DNA of 62,942 bases, counting the filler, from Rhabdomonas costata (taxonomy: Eukaryota), in assembly GCA_019059605.1 (NCBI GenBank). It is 53 parts of 53 records of this genome, joined end to end, with 100 filler letters (N's around TTAATTAATTAA, not from the genome) between each part and the next. Parts side by side here need not be neighbours in the genome. Positions count along the whole stretch, not along the records: positions 38,079 to 39,168 come from JAHMHO010029151.1; positions 39,269 to 40,358 come from JAHMHO010029152.1; positions 40,459 to 41,547 come from JAHMHO010029153.1; positions 41,648 to 42,736 come from JAHMHO010029154.1; positions 42,837 to 43,926 come from JAHMHO010029155.1; positions 44,027 to 45,115 come from JAHMHO010029156.1; positions 45,216 to 46,300 come from JAHMHO010029157.1; positions 46,401 to 47,489 come from JAHMHO010029158.1; 45 more parts are not named here. One strand, 5' to 3'. The position numbers and the translations under genes are program-made. Below the pieces are notes generated by a model. That model was not told the DNA's origin. It made no database searches and saw only the letters and a program-made list of their open reading frames with translations. How positions within the stretch are numbered: the first letter of the stretch is position 1; every line of letters begins with the position of its first letter. Below are positions 38,201-49,968 of this stretch, piece after piece.

Positions 38201-39158
38201 CTGGTCCAGCGAGCGTTCGGAGGTGGCTGAGCTCCCGCTCCTGGGCGCAAACCAGGAACTGCAGCTCACCGTTCTTCTGGCGCAAGGCCGCTGCGGTTTT
38301 GTCCTGTGACGACGTGGGAATCGGGGGCCAGCGTCCTTGCAGTTGCATGAAATGTCATTCATCGATTGATCGCATTTTAATCTATTCGGCGCCGAGATGG
38401 CAACAAGATCGAAAAGGCTCATTGGAGCGAAAAAGCGCATCCCAGAGATGTCCTGCTTGCCACCTTTCGATTGGTGCAGCTCAGGCTCAGCGGCCCGCCC
38501 ACCCACACAAACACTCTTTCAATATGACTTCCCGCACGCGATCCCTTGAGGCACATGTTCGCGGGGCGCGACGCACTGCATACCAGCTCCTCCCTTTCGA
38601 GAGCGCAGTTTTGAAGGAAGCTCAGCTGCTGCCGCAGCATCTCCTGAATGGCGCGGGGCTGTGGGTGCTCTCCAGCTAGAGCCTAAAGAAGAGATGGAAT
38701 GGATGGCGTGCGAATGGCCAGGCGCATTGCGTGCGCACACCAAAACCAAAGCGACGGAAAAAGCCCATACTTAGAAAGTCAGACTGCGACCATCCCCAAT
38801 TGGACCCACCTGAAACCAATGGCCTGAACTCACCACAATACGGCAAGCAATACCGAAACCAACTTATGCCAAACTAACCCATGTTTCGCTCCTAACCACT
38901 CTGCAAAACGTCACATGTCATTGGGAACACGGCCTTTGGATATGACCACTACCGATGGTGATGACCACCGCCCCTTTCTTCGAAAACCAGCGTCGGGCCA
39001 ATGCAAACCATTGCCTGAAGCTCCTTGAGCTGCTCCTGCAGCGCCTTGTTCTCCTGCCGAAGAAAGGACTGGTGGGACTGGACCTTCGCAAACTCGGCTA
39101 CAGCCTCCTGCAGCTGCCGCTGAAATGCGTCCCGCTCGAGCCGAACCGCCTCTACAAG
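38201..39158 (-). CDS. Coiled-coil protein, exons 39009-39158, 38584-38658 and 38201-38303
   Basis: Phase-0 GT-AG joins give LVEAVRLERDAFQRQLQE..KELQAM|PRAIQEMLRQQL..REEL|DKTAAALRQKNGELQF.. Confidence 0.65.
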
Positions 39159-39333
39159 CTGTGGTGGGNNNNNNNNNNNNNNNNNNNNNNNNNNNNNNNN
39201 NNNNNNNNNNNNTTAATTAATTAANNNNNNNNNNNNNNNNNNNNNNNNNNNNNNNNNNNNNNNNNNNNGGGGTGTGTGGTATGTCGTGCCGCCGGAGGCT
39301 CGGTTGTCTACCTCCTGACCAATAATAATAAAA

Positions 39334-39365
<32 letters not shown>

Positions 39366-39564
39366 CATCATCATCATCATAATAAGTAGTTGTCCGCATG
39401 ATACCGCGAGATAAGGTGTGTTTGTTTCCCAAGTGTCTACAAATCGCGTCGATTCGAGACAAGACTTGACTTGTGCCCCCTCCAAGCTGCTTCTCGCTGC
39501 ATGATGGGAAACCCCAAAAAGCGTGGACAACCTGTCATTCAGCGAAGGTGTCCTTTTCTCACAG

Positions 39565-39892
39565 GAGAACTCGGAATGGAAGAGGACCTGTCCACTCTCC
39601 ACGGACCTTTCGAAGGACGTTTCAGATGAGCCTCAGGACGCGACCGTGCCTACTGCCCCTCGGAGAGTCCTTGTTTTACTGATGGTGGTGACTTTGTGCT
39701 TAAACCTGGTAGTAAACTGCTGCCTCACCCCGACCTTCCCGCGTCTCAGCATGAAGTTTGGGTGGAGCTCAGCTCAGCTCGCCGTTTTGCAGACGGTGAC
39801 CAACGTTGCGTTGGCCGGAGGGATCTACGCCACGCCCACACTGGCAGTTTGGCTGCGCGGGGACATCCCGTTCATGGTGGTCGCCCTGGCAG
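39565..39892 (+). CDS. MFS-like transporter exon
   Basis: cacag|..RRVLVLLMVVTLCLNLVVNCCLTPTFPRLSMKFGWSSAQLAVLQTVTNVALAGGIY..; TM-FGWS-TM pattern. Confidence 0.55.
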
Positions 39893-41380
39893 GCGCGGCG
39901 CCTCCCCCCCCCCAACTCTTACCCAACCCGTACCTTGACTCTTGAGACCTCCCCTGCCATTGATCCAGCGTTAAGTTTGTCGTTTGGTCAATACATTCTG
40001 CTACCCTGGAAGACAGAACTGTCGGCTGATGCCATGCTGGTGCATCGGTGCCAGTATTTATTTGTGTTATTCAGGAAGGAGAATCAAATTATGTGAAATG
40101 CACTGCGATTCATAATGATGATGTTCATGAAGGGACTTCGGGGGGAGGGGGGCAATATTTGAGTCAGGATACAGCGACCAATTACATATGAACAAATCGT
40201 TGCTGGCACACCGGGGTACAGGTGGGGGGGACGGTGTGCCAGCCTACAGTTCTTTCTCTTATCAAAGTCCAAGCCCGATGTAATGCCAGTGCCAAAACAA
40301 AAGGTCCTTGCAAGGCTGTGTGTAATGGCCAAAAGCGCCCAAAAACACCCCAACAAAANNNNNNNNNNNNNNNNNNNNNNNNNNNNNNNNNNNNNNNNNN
40401 NNTTAATTAATTAANNNNNNNNNNNNNNNNNNNNNNNNNNNNNNNNNNNNNNNNNNNNTATTCACAAAATTTAAAAAAAAATATCAAGCTCTATGCTTAA
40501 ACCAGTCTCCTGCACTCGATGGAAAAAGGGAGAATGCAAATTACATGAAAAAAAAAAAGCAGCCTGTAGTTGGATAAAATGGCACCTGCGTGTTGGTATA
40601 AAGGCACCGCACCCCACGGTTTGGAGACATTTGGCGAGAGGGGCGTGTGATCCGTTGCAGCAGCGCGGGCCGCCTGTTCTTGGGTCGCTTGAAAATCTGG
40701 TTGATATAGGCCAGGAAGTACAAGCCGAGAGTGCCCATAACGAGGCCCATCGAAAGCCAAACAGTAGAGTTTCGAGACATCTCAAACCCAAATACGCCCC
40801 ACAAAGGGCTGAAGAAAAATATTTACAGCTGCTGAAGAAAGAGAGCTGCTGAGTGCGAAGGTGTGTGAACAGCTTTGCTGATATTTCTGTGCCCGAACAT
40901 GAGGTTTAAGGTTCAAACAAGAATCATCACAAAAGCAGTAATGTCCAGAGTTCTGTTGAACGGAGCGGACAAGTTAACTATGGAAACAATAGGGGAGGGG
41001 GAGGTGAAGGGAGAGAAGTTTAAACACCACAAACACTAAGTCTAGTCGCACCAACACAGCAATCATATGTCCGTCTCTTCCTGCTGAAGCTCGTTTGAAA
41101 GCTCTTCTCATCGTGAGCGATCGAAAGAAGGCCATTTCACTGGGTGCAGTGGCACGCCCAGGTTTTTGGAGGACCTCAGATGTACAGCATGGAGGGCACA
41201 CTCGCAGGTGGCCTGTTGATGAAGCCGTACAAGGACCGTACAGAACGGTTCGGATTCCAGTGTCGCATGGGCCACTAAGCCCACTTGCACTCAAAAACAC
41301 GGAAGAACCACAGCGCTCACAAACGCGCTGGCGTATAGAAAGCTCCAATAAAGACTGCATCAACCGAGAGAGTGGTAGGG

Positions 41381-41547
41381 CTACAGCGGCGAGCATGGCA
41401 GGGTTGTGGCATTGGCGATCTGTATCCGGGCCTTCTCCGCCCACGCGGGGAACTCCACCCCCACGCCCGAGAGGGTGGGGAACAGCAGCAGGGTGAACGA
41501 GGAGACCCACGCGATGGCTAGGAGATTCATCCACATCACCACCACCC
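41381..41547 (-). CDS. SLC13/DASS-like Na+-coupled anion transporter, C-terminus
   Basis: MWMNLLAIAWVSSFTLLLFPTLSGVGVEFPAWAEK..*; last TM followed by FP.WA, as in SLC13 proteins. Confidence 0.55.
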
Positions 41548-42229
41548 NNNNNNNNNNNNNNNNNNNNNNNNNNNNNNNNNNNNNNNNNNNNTTAATTAAT
41601 TAANNNNNNNNNNNNNNNNNNNNNNNNNNNNNNNNNNNNNNNNNNNNTGTTGGTTGGGTCGTCGCACCCGCACCCCCGGCCCTTAATTACTGCAAGCTTG
41701 GATGAATCATATGGTAAACATAAGCGCAAACAAGCAAGGGGGGAACCCGCCCAGGACGGTCTCTATCTCTGGGGTTTTCGTGCGCGCAGTGTTCGTTATT
41801 GTTCTCGCTTCACGCGTAACTTTGCATTTTGTTGGGGAAGGAAGACCTAAGACCTTGAGATAATCAGCATCCAATCCGGGCGACGGGAGTGGTGAAATGT
41901 GGTGTTCCAGCTGGTCATTTTCCCTTGTCAAATGCGTCCCTGGTCAAATGCGCTTCTTCTGATCTACCCACAGTCCCAGCAACCAACCCACAGCAAGACC
42001 AAGCACCAAGACCACCCAACCCCACCAACCATCAATATCAAGCACACCCACATCAACCCAACATCCACACACCCTCCAACCACATCCTACGCTGGCAGCC
42101 TCGACAGTGACACCGACGACAACAGGACAAGGACACGACACGCACCAACCAACCCACCGTACCGCTTTCCACCGTGTTAGTTTTTCTCTGGTTATTGAGA
42201 AAGAGTGATCTTTGCCTTGTTCGTGCTAG

Positions 42230-42337
42230 GGAGATTGGACAACCTGTGCTGATTGGCGGCAGCATGGGTACGTTCAGCTACGTCCTGACGGGCACCCAGA
42301 AGGCCATGGAGGAGTCCTTCGGCTCTACCTGCCACGG
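42230..42337 (+). CDS. RTCB: RNA-splicing ligase RtcB exon (archaeo-eukaryotic type)
   Basis: ag|[36 protein letters not shown]|gt, ending at the catalytic-His motif CHG(AGR). Confidence 0.93.
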
Positions 42338-44042
42338 GTGGGGCACCGCTTGCATTGCTTTTGTGATGTTCAACCCTATGCGTCTTTGTTGGCATGGTCA
42401 CCTCCATCTCCTTACTAATAATAGCTCAGAAATCCCGAGCTTCAAAATATGTCCCTTAATTGTGGGGTGAAAACTCTTGCTTTGGCGTTCAATTCGCCCC
42501 GGGCTACCATTTGAATTTTGAAGATATTTCTAGATCATGTGAAGCACTTGGATGCAGTCTGTTTAAAGGAAGTGGAAGGACCAAAAATCGACCAGTACTT
42601 GTCACAACGCGTCACGCGCTGGTGAACGCTGGAGAAGATTTTGAAGCTTGCAAGGTTGGGTGCCCCCAAAACTCTTTGTACTGTCTCTCTGTTTCTCTGT
42701 GCTGCACATCGGGTGCGGTTTTGCAACCCCCACCACNNNNNNNNNNNNNNNNNNNNNNNNNNNNNNNNNNNNNNNNNNNNTTAATTAATTAANNNNNNNN
42801 NNNNNNNNNNNNNNNNNNNNNNNNNNNNNNNNNNNNGTGGGGTGTTCCAAAAGTAGCTTTTTGCAATTTGCTCAGGCTTTTGTTGTATGTTTTGCGTTCT
42901 TAAAATGCAGCTCAAGCGGTTTTTAAATGTCTGTGCCGTGGATCTTTGTATCGAAAGTCGCTCGGAGTTTAGCTATATTTGTCTTTAATTCGCACTGTTT
43001 TTTAATCGCTGTTATCACCGTGCTTCTTCGAACAATTCAAGAATATGGAAAACGCAGGTGTCAGATAGCGCAATAACAACCACTGAAGTGCTCGTGTTTG
43101 TTTTAAGGAGCGTATACAAGCACACCACATGCATCGTGCACTAGAAATCACACCACACACGCTGAATTGAATCTCACAAGCGGCATTTTGCCAAGAGTTT
43201 TGTTTTTGGAGTTGCAACTTGCGCTCCATTGCACTCTCGTAGACCCGCTATCACAGAATGAGTAGAAATCACCGCAACTTTAATGTCACCGACGAAAAGA
43301 GGAGTGTCTATGTACCACGCCACGTGTCGCAAAAACGCGGCTGAGTATATTCAGAGTCATGTTCTTGGTGTATACCAATATAATCCACTTCAGCGCACAA
43401 CGCGTGTCACAGGTATTTATTAAGCTGTAATACAACACAGGTCAGCATTCCTCTGAATCTAAGAAGACATGCAAGTGGCCATGCATGCTGCGCCGTCATA
43501 TTTTGAGCGTCAGTGATGCTGCACCTTCCAAATACACAACGCAGGAGGAGTGAATGCATGAGGTGTATATCTTGTAGTTTTTTGCATGAAGTAAGTATAT
43601 ACACCACAAATTGTGTGAAAGGTTTTAACATCTCACACAAGTATACGCAAAAACTGTCTGGAAATTATTGTCGTGTCTTGAGGTCGCTGATATTAGGTTG
43701 CAACGTTAGGGAGACGCTACGCGTACCGTTGGTACTGGGACAAATTTACCATCAAATAAGATTCAATCTGAGTGGTGTAATACAAACCAGCTTCAAATAG
43801 TTTGTGGCACAAATGGTACAAATGTGAGTGGCAAGCACCTTGGCAAGCACAAATTGTTACACTTGAATGTGTGAATTTATGGCGACAAAAGCATCACAGG
43901 AAATCGACCGTAATAGCAGCGCTGGTNNNNNNNNNNNNNNNNNNNNNNNNNNNNNNNNNNNNNNNNNNNNTTAATTAATTAANNNNNNNNNNNNNNNNNN
44001 NNNNNNNNNNNNNNNNNNNNNNNNNNGGGTTGTTGTGAGTGA

Positions 44043-44423
44043 TATATCGTTGTACATTTATATCACTCACAACATAATAAAAAAAATTTTATGTTACATC
44101 GTTTGTTAGGTAAATATTTCTTAGAAAATGGTGAAAAATATTTTTATGATAAAAAATATGTAATTCATCACAAAGATGAAAACAAAAAAAACAATAATAT
44201 AAATAATTTAGAATGGACTACATATAAAGAAAATACTAAACATAGTGTTGCACGAAAAGTTGCAAAAATTGATGTTTTAACAAATCAAGTGTTAAAAATA
44301 TATGATAGTATAACTGAAGCATATATAGATTTAGGTAAAAATAGAACATCTGTAATTTCTAAAATATGTAATAATGAATATGGACGAAAAACATTGTTTG
44401 GTTTTAAATGGAAATATGTTTAA
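44043..44423 (+). CDS. HNH homing endonuclease with C-terminal NUMOD1, 5'-truncated, giant-virus-like
   Basis: Y..V.L..MLHRLLGKYF..VIHHKDENKKNNNINNLEWTTYKENTKH (HNH_3), then VLKIYDSITEA..ISKIC..FGFKWKY (NUMOD1); intronless and extremely AT-rich. Confidence 0.9.
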   Translation, partial: YIVVHLYHSQHNKKNFMLHRLLGKYFLENGEKYFYDKKYVIHHKDENKKNNNINNLEWTTYKENTKHSVARKVAKIDVLTNQVLKIYDSITEAYIDLGKNRTSVISKICNNEYGRKTLFGFKWKYV

Positions 44424-44468
44424 TAATAAATAGTTAACTATTTTGAAAATAGTTAATTATTTATTATT
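44422..44468. terminator. AT-rich palindromic hairpin between convergent genes; Mimiviridae-type polyadenylation signal
   Basis: AATAATAAATAGTTAACTATTTT-G-AAAATAGTTAATTATTTATTATT: 23-nt arms with a single G-T pair, overlapping both stop codons. Confidence 0.75.
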
Positions 44469-45111
44469 TATTATTCTCAATATATAGTTGTATATCTTTA
44501 TCAATATTGTCAATTAAATTTTGTAGATCTTCTCTCTGTATAAACAATTCCTCATCTCGATTTGCTTTATTTTTTGTTTTTAATTTAGTTTTATTGTACA
44601 CATCCTTGTCATACTTTATTTTTTTATTGCGAGTTATTACAATTGGTACATTTTCATATGATATATCATCAACATGAATATTAATAATCCAAGTGTCCAA
44701 CTTACGATTTTGTGTAATTTTGTATCTAATTTCAATAACTGATTTTAAAGCAAACATATTATCAATAAAATCATTTAATATACATATATTTTTGCTTGTT
44801 TCAAAAGTATGCCAACTATTAGGTGTTATAATTTTTTTATGATCATTATTAATTATATTATCTATATCATTTTTTGTTGAATTTGCTAATGATGATTTAT
44901 CTGTTTTTATTTTTATTCCAACTGTATTATCTAATTGTTTATTTAAATATTCTGACCAACCACCTGTTATTTTTGACCATTCTGTAACATAATAATGTTT
45001 GGGATCAGCAGGTAAATTAATAAGTATATGTAAAATATTATCGTCTATATTATCACCATTTAATGCTTTATCTAATATTGCATTATACATTTTTTTACCT
45101 GCTGACCCCAA
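44464..45111 (-). CDS. AT-rich viral-like ORF, C-terminal 215 aa (5'-truncated)
   Basis: Uninterrupted N/I/K-rich ORF; contains LPADPKHYYVTEWSKITGGWSEYL. Confidence 0.8.
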   Translation of the reverse strand: MGSAGKKMYNAILDKALNGDNIDDNILHILINLPADPKHYYVTEWSKITGGWSEYLNKQLDNTVGIKIKTDKSSLANSTKNDIDNIINNDHKKIITPNSWHTFETSKNICILNDFIDNMFALKSVIEIRYKITQNRKLDTWIINIHVDDISYENVPIVITRNKKIKYDKDVYNKTKLKTKNKANRDEELFIQREDLQNLIDNIDKDIQLYIENNK

Positions 45112-46400
45112 AACCNNNNNNNNNNNNNNNNNNNNNNNNNNNNNNNNNNNNNNNNNNNNTTAATTAATTAANNNNNNNNNNNNNNNNNNNNNNNNNNNNN
45201 NNNNNNNNNNNNNNNGTTTTTTTGTGTACATGCTCCCACCGTCAGCAGCTCAGCTTCTGTACTGGAAGCTGACCGAAGGGTCGTCGCGATGGGATCCTTC
45301 TCATCCGTCGACTTTTACCCCCCACACCCGCGCACACTTTTTTCATGCACCCTTGTGACGAATTTCTTGCAATGGTTTCTTCTGTGGTGATTTAACTTCT
45401 TGACTTCTGGCACACGGCATGGTGCATTTTGCAGTCGAATAGCCCAATTCAAAGCTGCAGCGCTGCGTTTGGGGCAATCATCGCCAGAGCTCGTTTTTGG
45501 CGGCTTTGTGCCTGCGGTGTCTTCCGGCATGGGGCCGCTTGTACCCTCCCCCCCTCCAAAAAAAAAAAGGAAGACAATACTCAAAACTACAAACATCCCG
45601 AAAACTCAGGCACCCGCAATACGCGCTATATCGTTGTTTCATCTTCCCCTCGTGGCCTGTACATAGAAGCAAAATACGAAGGAATCGAGAATGCACATGT
45701 TTCCTGCGGCTTTTCCAGGATATCTTGGCTCCATCCTAGGTATTTACGGCTGAAAAGAGTTACCTATCTTAGGTTGCGATGAACGTGTTCCCAGGGATTC
45801 TTCTTCCTCCTGCGTGCGTACACGCCCTAAAAGCAGCATAGCAAAATATCGCTGCATCAGTGTACCTCTGAACTCTGTGCTCGATTTGAAGCGACTCGTT
45901 CGCTATAATGACATAACTTTGCCAGTCTGTCACCCGTCACGCTTGCTCTTGAAGAGGGCTTTCCGAACACGCATTTCCACATTTGCGCACATCCGATTTG
46001 AGGTCAAAACCCTTCTTTCCAAATATTTGATCAGTTTTACAATCGAAAATGTGAGCAGTGCGATAAGTGACCAGTCTCCTTGAGTTTTGTTTTTTGTGCT
46101 CGTTCCTTTTGCGGCACCGGAGACGTTTCCACCTTTTCCGAATCCATCCACCACCCTCACGTACACATGAACATATTACGAGCTGTTTCAGAAGCCCTGG
46201 GCCGGGCACTCCTGGCAGAGGAGGTAGTCATGCTTGGGTGCCTGTCCGCTGCTGGGGTGGCAAAGCTGAATACAGACCTCTGCCGAGGTGTGGCACGCCT
46301 NNNNNNNNNNNNNNNNNNNNNNNNNNNNNNNNNNNNNNNNNNNNTTAATTAATTAANNNNNNNNNNNNNNNNNNNNNNNNNNNNNNNNNNNNNNNNNNNN

Positions 46401-47342
46401 TCGATAGCTCTGAATTTAGCGTGCACTGTTAGTACCGGTGGCCAATTCCCCGATAAAACCAATTGTGAGGAAGGAATTATTATAATTTATTCAGATGAAG
46501 ATGACGTAAACAAAACTTTATTACCCAGAATTCATGCAAATGGAGGAAACATAAATAACTTTAAATTTGCTAGAATCGTTACAGAAGACAATAAACCAAG
46601 GCCATTTGACTTAAAAAAAGACCTACCTGACTTGATAGACAAGGTAACCCAAATAACGGCCACCTCTAAAATACCTGTAAAAATGATAATAATAGATCCA
46701 ATCTTGTCAGCTATTACAGGGGATGTAAATAGCGCAAAAGACGTAAAAACCTCTTTGCTACCTTTAGTTGAGGTGGCAAGAAAACTAAATTTGTCTGTTT
46801 TGGGAATTTGCCATTATAACAAAAATCTATCTAGTTGCGAACCTCAAACAAGAATACTCGGTTCAGTAGCTTTTGCAGGTACAGCAAGAATGTGTTTAGG
46901 GGTTATTTCTAAAAATGAAATTTCTGAATTTGGCGAAAAAAGAATAAATCTTTTCGCAAGAATAAAAACAAATAAATCTATTTGCGACAATGGGTTTAAA
47001 TATGAAATTAGTGAGCATCCCATAGTTCACGATTTAACAAGCGAAAGAAAGATTTGTATAAAAGGAATTACCAAAGTTGTTTGGGGAAAACAAATAAAAG
47101 GTAGAATAGAAGATCTATTTGGATGCGAAGAAAACGAAAAGACAAGTACCTTAAAAGATGCAAAGATTTTTTTAGAAGAATGGTTAATGAATGGAGCGAA
47201 ACTTAGCTCTAATATAATAACAGAAGCTACAGAACAAGGATATACGCCCAAGACGCTACGAAATGCCAGAAAACAACTTGGTATCAAAATAGAGGAAAAA
47301 CCAGATGGCACATCTTGGTGGTCACTACCAAATTTACACTAA
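46401..47342 (+). CDS. AAA_25/RepA-like helicase of a prophage, satellite or plasmid, 5'-truncated
   Basis: Frame open from the contig start: SIALNLACTVSTGGQFPD..IIIYSDEDD..LLPRI..; Walker B MIIIDPI; LGICHYNK; RILGSVAFAGTAR; C-terminal HTH-like TLRNARKQLG..WWSLP; intronless, AT-rich. Confidence 0.88.
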   Translation, partial: SIALNLACTVSTGGQFPDKTNCEEGIIIIYSDEDDVNKTLLPRIHANGGNINNFKFARIVTEDNKPRPFDLKKDLPDLIDKVTQITATSKIPVKMIIIDPILSAITGDVNSAKDVKTSLLPLVEVARKLNLSVLGICHYNKNLSSCEPQTRILGSVAFAGTARMCLGVISKNEISEFGEKRINLFARIKTNKSICDNGFKYEISEHPIVHDLTSERKICIKGITKVVWGKQIKGRIEDLFGCEENEKTSTLKDAKIFLEEWLMNGAKLSSNIITEATEQGYTPKTLRNARKQLGIKIEEKPDGTSWWSLPNLH

Positions 47343-47356
47343 CAACCATATACAGT

Positions 47357-47480
47357 CACCAAGTTAGTTTACCCAAGGTGCTCTTTGTCAACGAAAGGGC
47401 ACAAGAAGGGCGTTAGGCTTTTTTCCACCTTTTTCTATTTTCATTCCCACAAACAACACCAAGTTGATTAACCCAAGTGC
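47357..47480 (+). repeat. Two imperfect direct repeats 100 bp apart plus a small hairpin downstream of the helicase
   Basis: CACCAAGTTAGTTTACCCAAGGTGC (47357) and CACCAAGTTGATTAACCCAAGTGC (47457); hairpin GTGCTCTTT-N7-AAAGGGCAC at 47378-47402. Confidence 0.65.
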
Positions 47481-48882
47481 CCAAAAAACNNNNNNNNNNN
47501 NNNNNNNNNNNNNNNNNNNNNNNNNNNNNNNNNTTAATTAATTAANNNNNNNNNNNNNNNNNNNNNNNNNNNNNNNNNNNNNNNNNNNNGTGGGTGTTTT
47601 ATCTATTTGAAAATTTACGCGCACAAAATTCAGGAAGATTGTCCGTGGGAGAACATGATTTCAAAAAAGAAAATTTCTCATATCGTTTGAAAGTCATGGT
47701 TGTGAAAATTGGTCCTTGAATGGATGTGCGTTTACATTTGGAACGAAATTACCACGACGGGGCTTGCTTTTAAAGTTGCGCTTAAAATGAAAGAGGTAGT
47801 TAAGACCACGTAAAGAAAAATGGTATTGGAAAGGAGTTCTGATAAAAAACTAAATATACCTCAGATTGATAGAGCACATCATCGCAAACACCACAACACC
47901 ATAAGCAACAACACAAGCCAAAACACAATCACAAGCATTTTCAGGGTTGCTGCGAAAAGGCAGTTGCCAACTCACAAAAGAAAGATCACAAAAAGCACAA
48001 CGTCAACAGGTCGCGACAACCTGTGAGACAGATATAGAAAGGGTTTCTGTTGTGCAGGCAACCGTACAAAAGAAGCAAAAATCACAAGGGGAAACGGCTC
48101 ACTGTATTCACCGCGCATCAGCCGCGGGAAGAATGTTCTTGCTATTCACTACTTTATTCAGAGCAACATTAAACACACAAACGACGAGCCAACAACACCA
48201 CGCCACCAACAACAACCATGCCAACAACAACACTGCAAACACTACCACCATGAATGCTACGAACAGAAACCAACACCAACAACGCTAACGCAAACCAAAG
48301 CACGAGCAAAAAATAGACCAACACAAGGGATGGACATCAGGTGTTGGCACTCGGTCTTAGTTTCCGGTCTCCCAGGTTTTTTGGAAGTTCTCAAATGCCG
48401 CTCGGCTAAAACATTGGTTTGGCCACCATCAGCCTTTGGTGAGGGAGTTTCTTCACAAGCCCCAGCCTCAGATTTCTGGTGCCTCCTTAAAATGACGCCC
48501 CTGGATGGCGGGTGGATGAGGGGTTCCCTTATAGTCTGGAATACGGCTCGTGGCCCGACCAAGTGGGCCATGCGGGCACTTTGAACACCGCAGTTCCCCC
48601 AGTTTAGCACCGCCGAAAAATTTCAGGCCGGACGCCCACATGGAAGACGTCCTCTTTAGACAGCCCCAAGGCCAAGGAANNNNNNNNNNNNNNNNNNNNN
48701 NNNNNNNNNNNNNNNNNNNNNNNTTAATTAATTAANNNNNNNNNNNNNNNNNNNNNNNNNNNNNNNNNNNNNNNNNNNNGTTTTGGGTTTCGTGGCTTTT
48801 TGTGCTTGTGAGTCAATAGAGAAAGCTCTTGAAGCAGGGAGGCCTATTAAGTTAAACCTGCTATCCCTATTCGCTGTGACAG

Positions 48883-48928
48883 GGGATGGGGTCAACTTGG
48901 CGAGCCGCCTGGAAGCTATGAACAAGGC
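48883..48928 (+). CDS. Class III adenylate/guanylate cyclase micro-exon
   Basis: gacag|GDGVNLASRLEAMNK; catalytic N...R motif. Donor is GC at 48927 or GT at 48929. Confidence 0.85.
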
Positions 48929-49968
48929 GTGCCATTGTCTATCCGATGCTTAGCCAGTTTGAACGTTTTTTCCTGTGTGAGGAAACAGCTGTCCTGTAAT
49001 GCGGCAACCGGAAAAGGGGGCATTTACTCTGGAAAAATTGACGATAATTCGAGTTCCTGCATGCAAGCCACGCCTGTTACTGTTCCCTCGCCCTCGCCCG
49101 GCATATGTGGCTGGAAAATGTTCTACTTCCACCAGCAGTGTCATCCAGGGAGGTGGTGTTTCCCCTCTTTGCTTTCGCTTTTTTTGGGGGCCGCTTGTGT
49201 TGTTTGGTGCTGAGCCTGCTTTGCAAGAACTTTTCTACCGCAGTGCCGTGACTGTCTATGACGCTGTCAGACTGACATAGATTGATGGTTTTTGAACCTA
49301 TTCTATTTAATATATTTCGTTATGTCCACCTCATATTGTCAAACTGAAGAGGAATTTTACCTGACCCCCGTGCCAATAAACTGACGGCTCGGTCGTTCAG
49401 CAGTGGTAGACGAATGCCATCCATCTCATGGAACGTCCCAACCCGGCCGCCGGCGAGGAGGAGAAGATAATATTCCTGTCCCATTTGTTTTGCCAAAACC
49501 CAAAAAGAAATGTTAAGCGCTACTGACTTACCGTTGCTGAACGTTTAACACACACACCCTCAAAAAATATTTTCTCTATTTCACACTCCTTTTTCTTGAG
49601 TTTTTTCACTTTTACACTATTCTTTGTTCGGCTTTGCTTGCCAATCCCGTGTCAAAAAGGTGTTGGGACCTATCATTATCATTTTGGAAGCTTGGGGCGG
49701 GGACAAAGGACTCACAACTTTGCATTTCGAGCGGCCTACCCACCCCCGACCTTTTATGCTCCAGAAGTTACGCACCGTAGTGCTGGTCTCGGACACCACC
49801 AGAGACGGCGCTCACGTGGCCTTCCGGTTCCGTCGCGTCGCCACCACAACACCAAACACACCCACCACNNNNNNNNNNNNNNNNNNNNNNNNNNNNNNNN
49901 NNNNNNNNNNNNTTAATTAATTAANNNNNNNNNNNNNNNNNNNNNNNNNNNNNNNNNNNNNNNNNNNN

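Noticed and set aside
44265-44272. AAAATTGA, the Mimivirus early promoter motif
   Set aside because: It lies inside the HNH coding region and is expected by chance at this AT content.
42230-47342. RtcB, HNH nuclease and AAA helicase as a clustered defence or RNA-repair system
   Set aside because: They sit on separate contigs of different composition and likely different genomes; the proximity is artificial.
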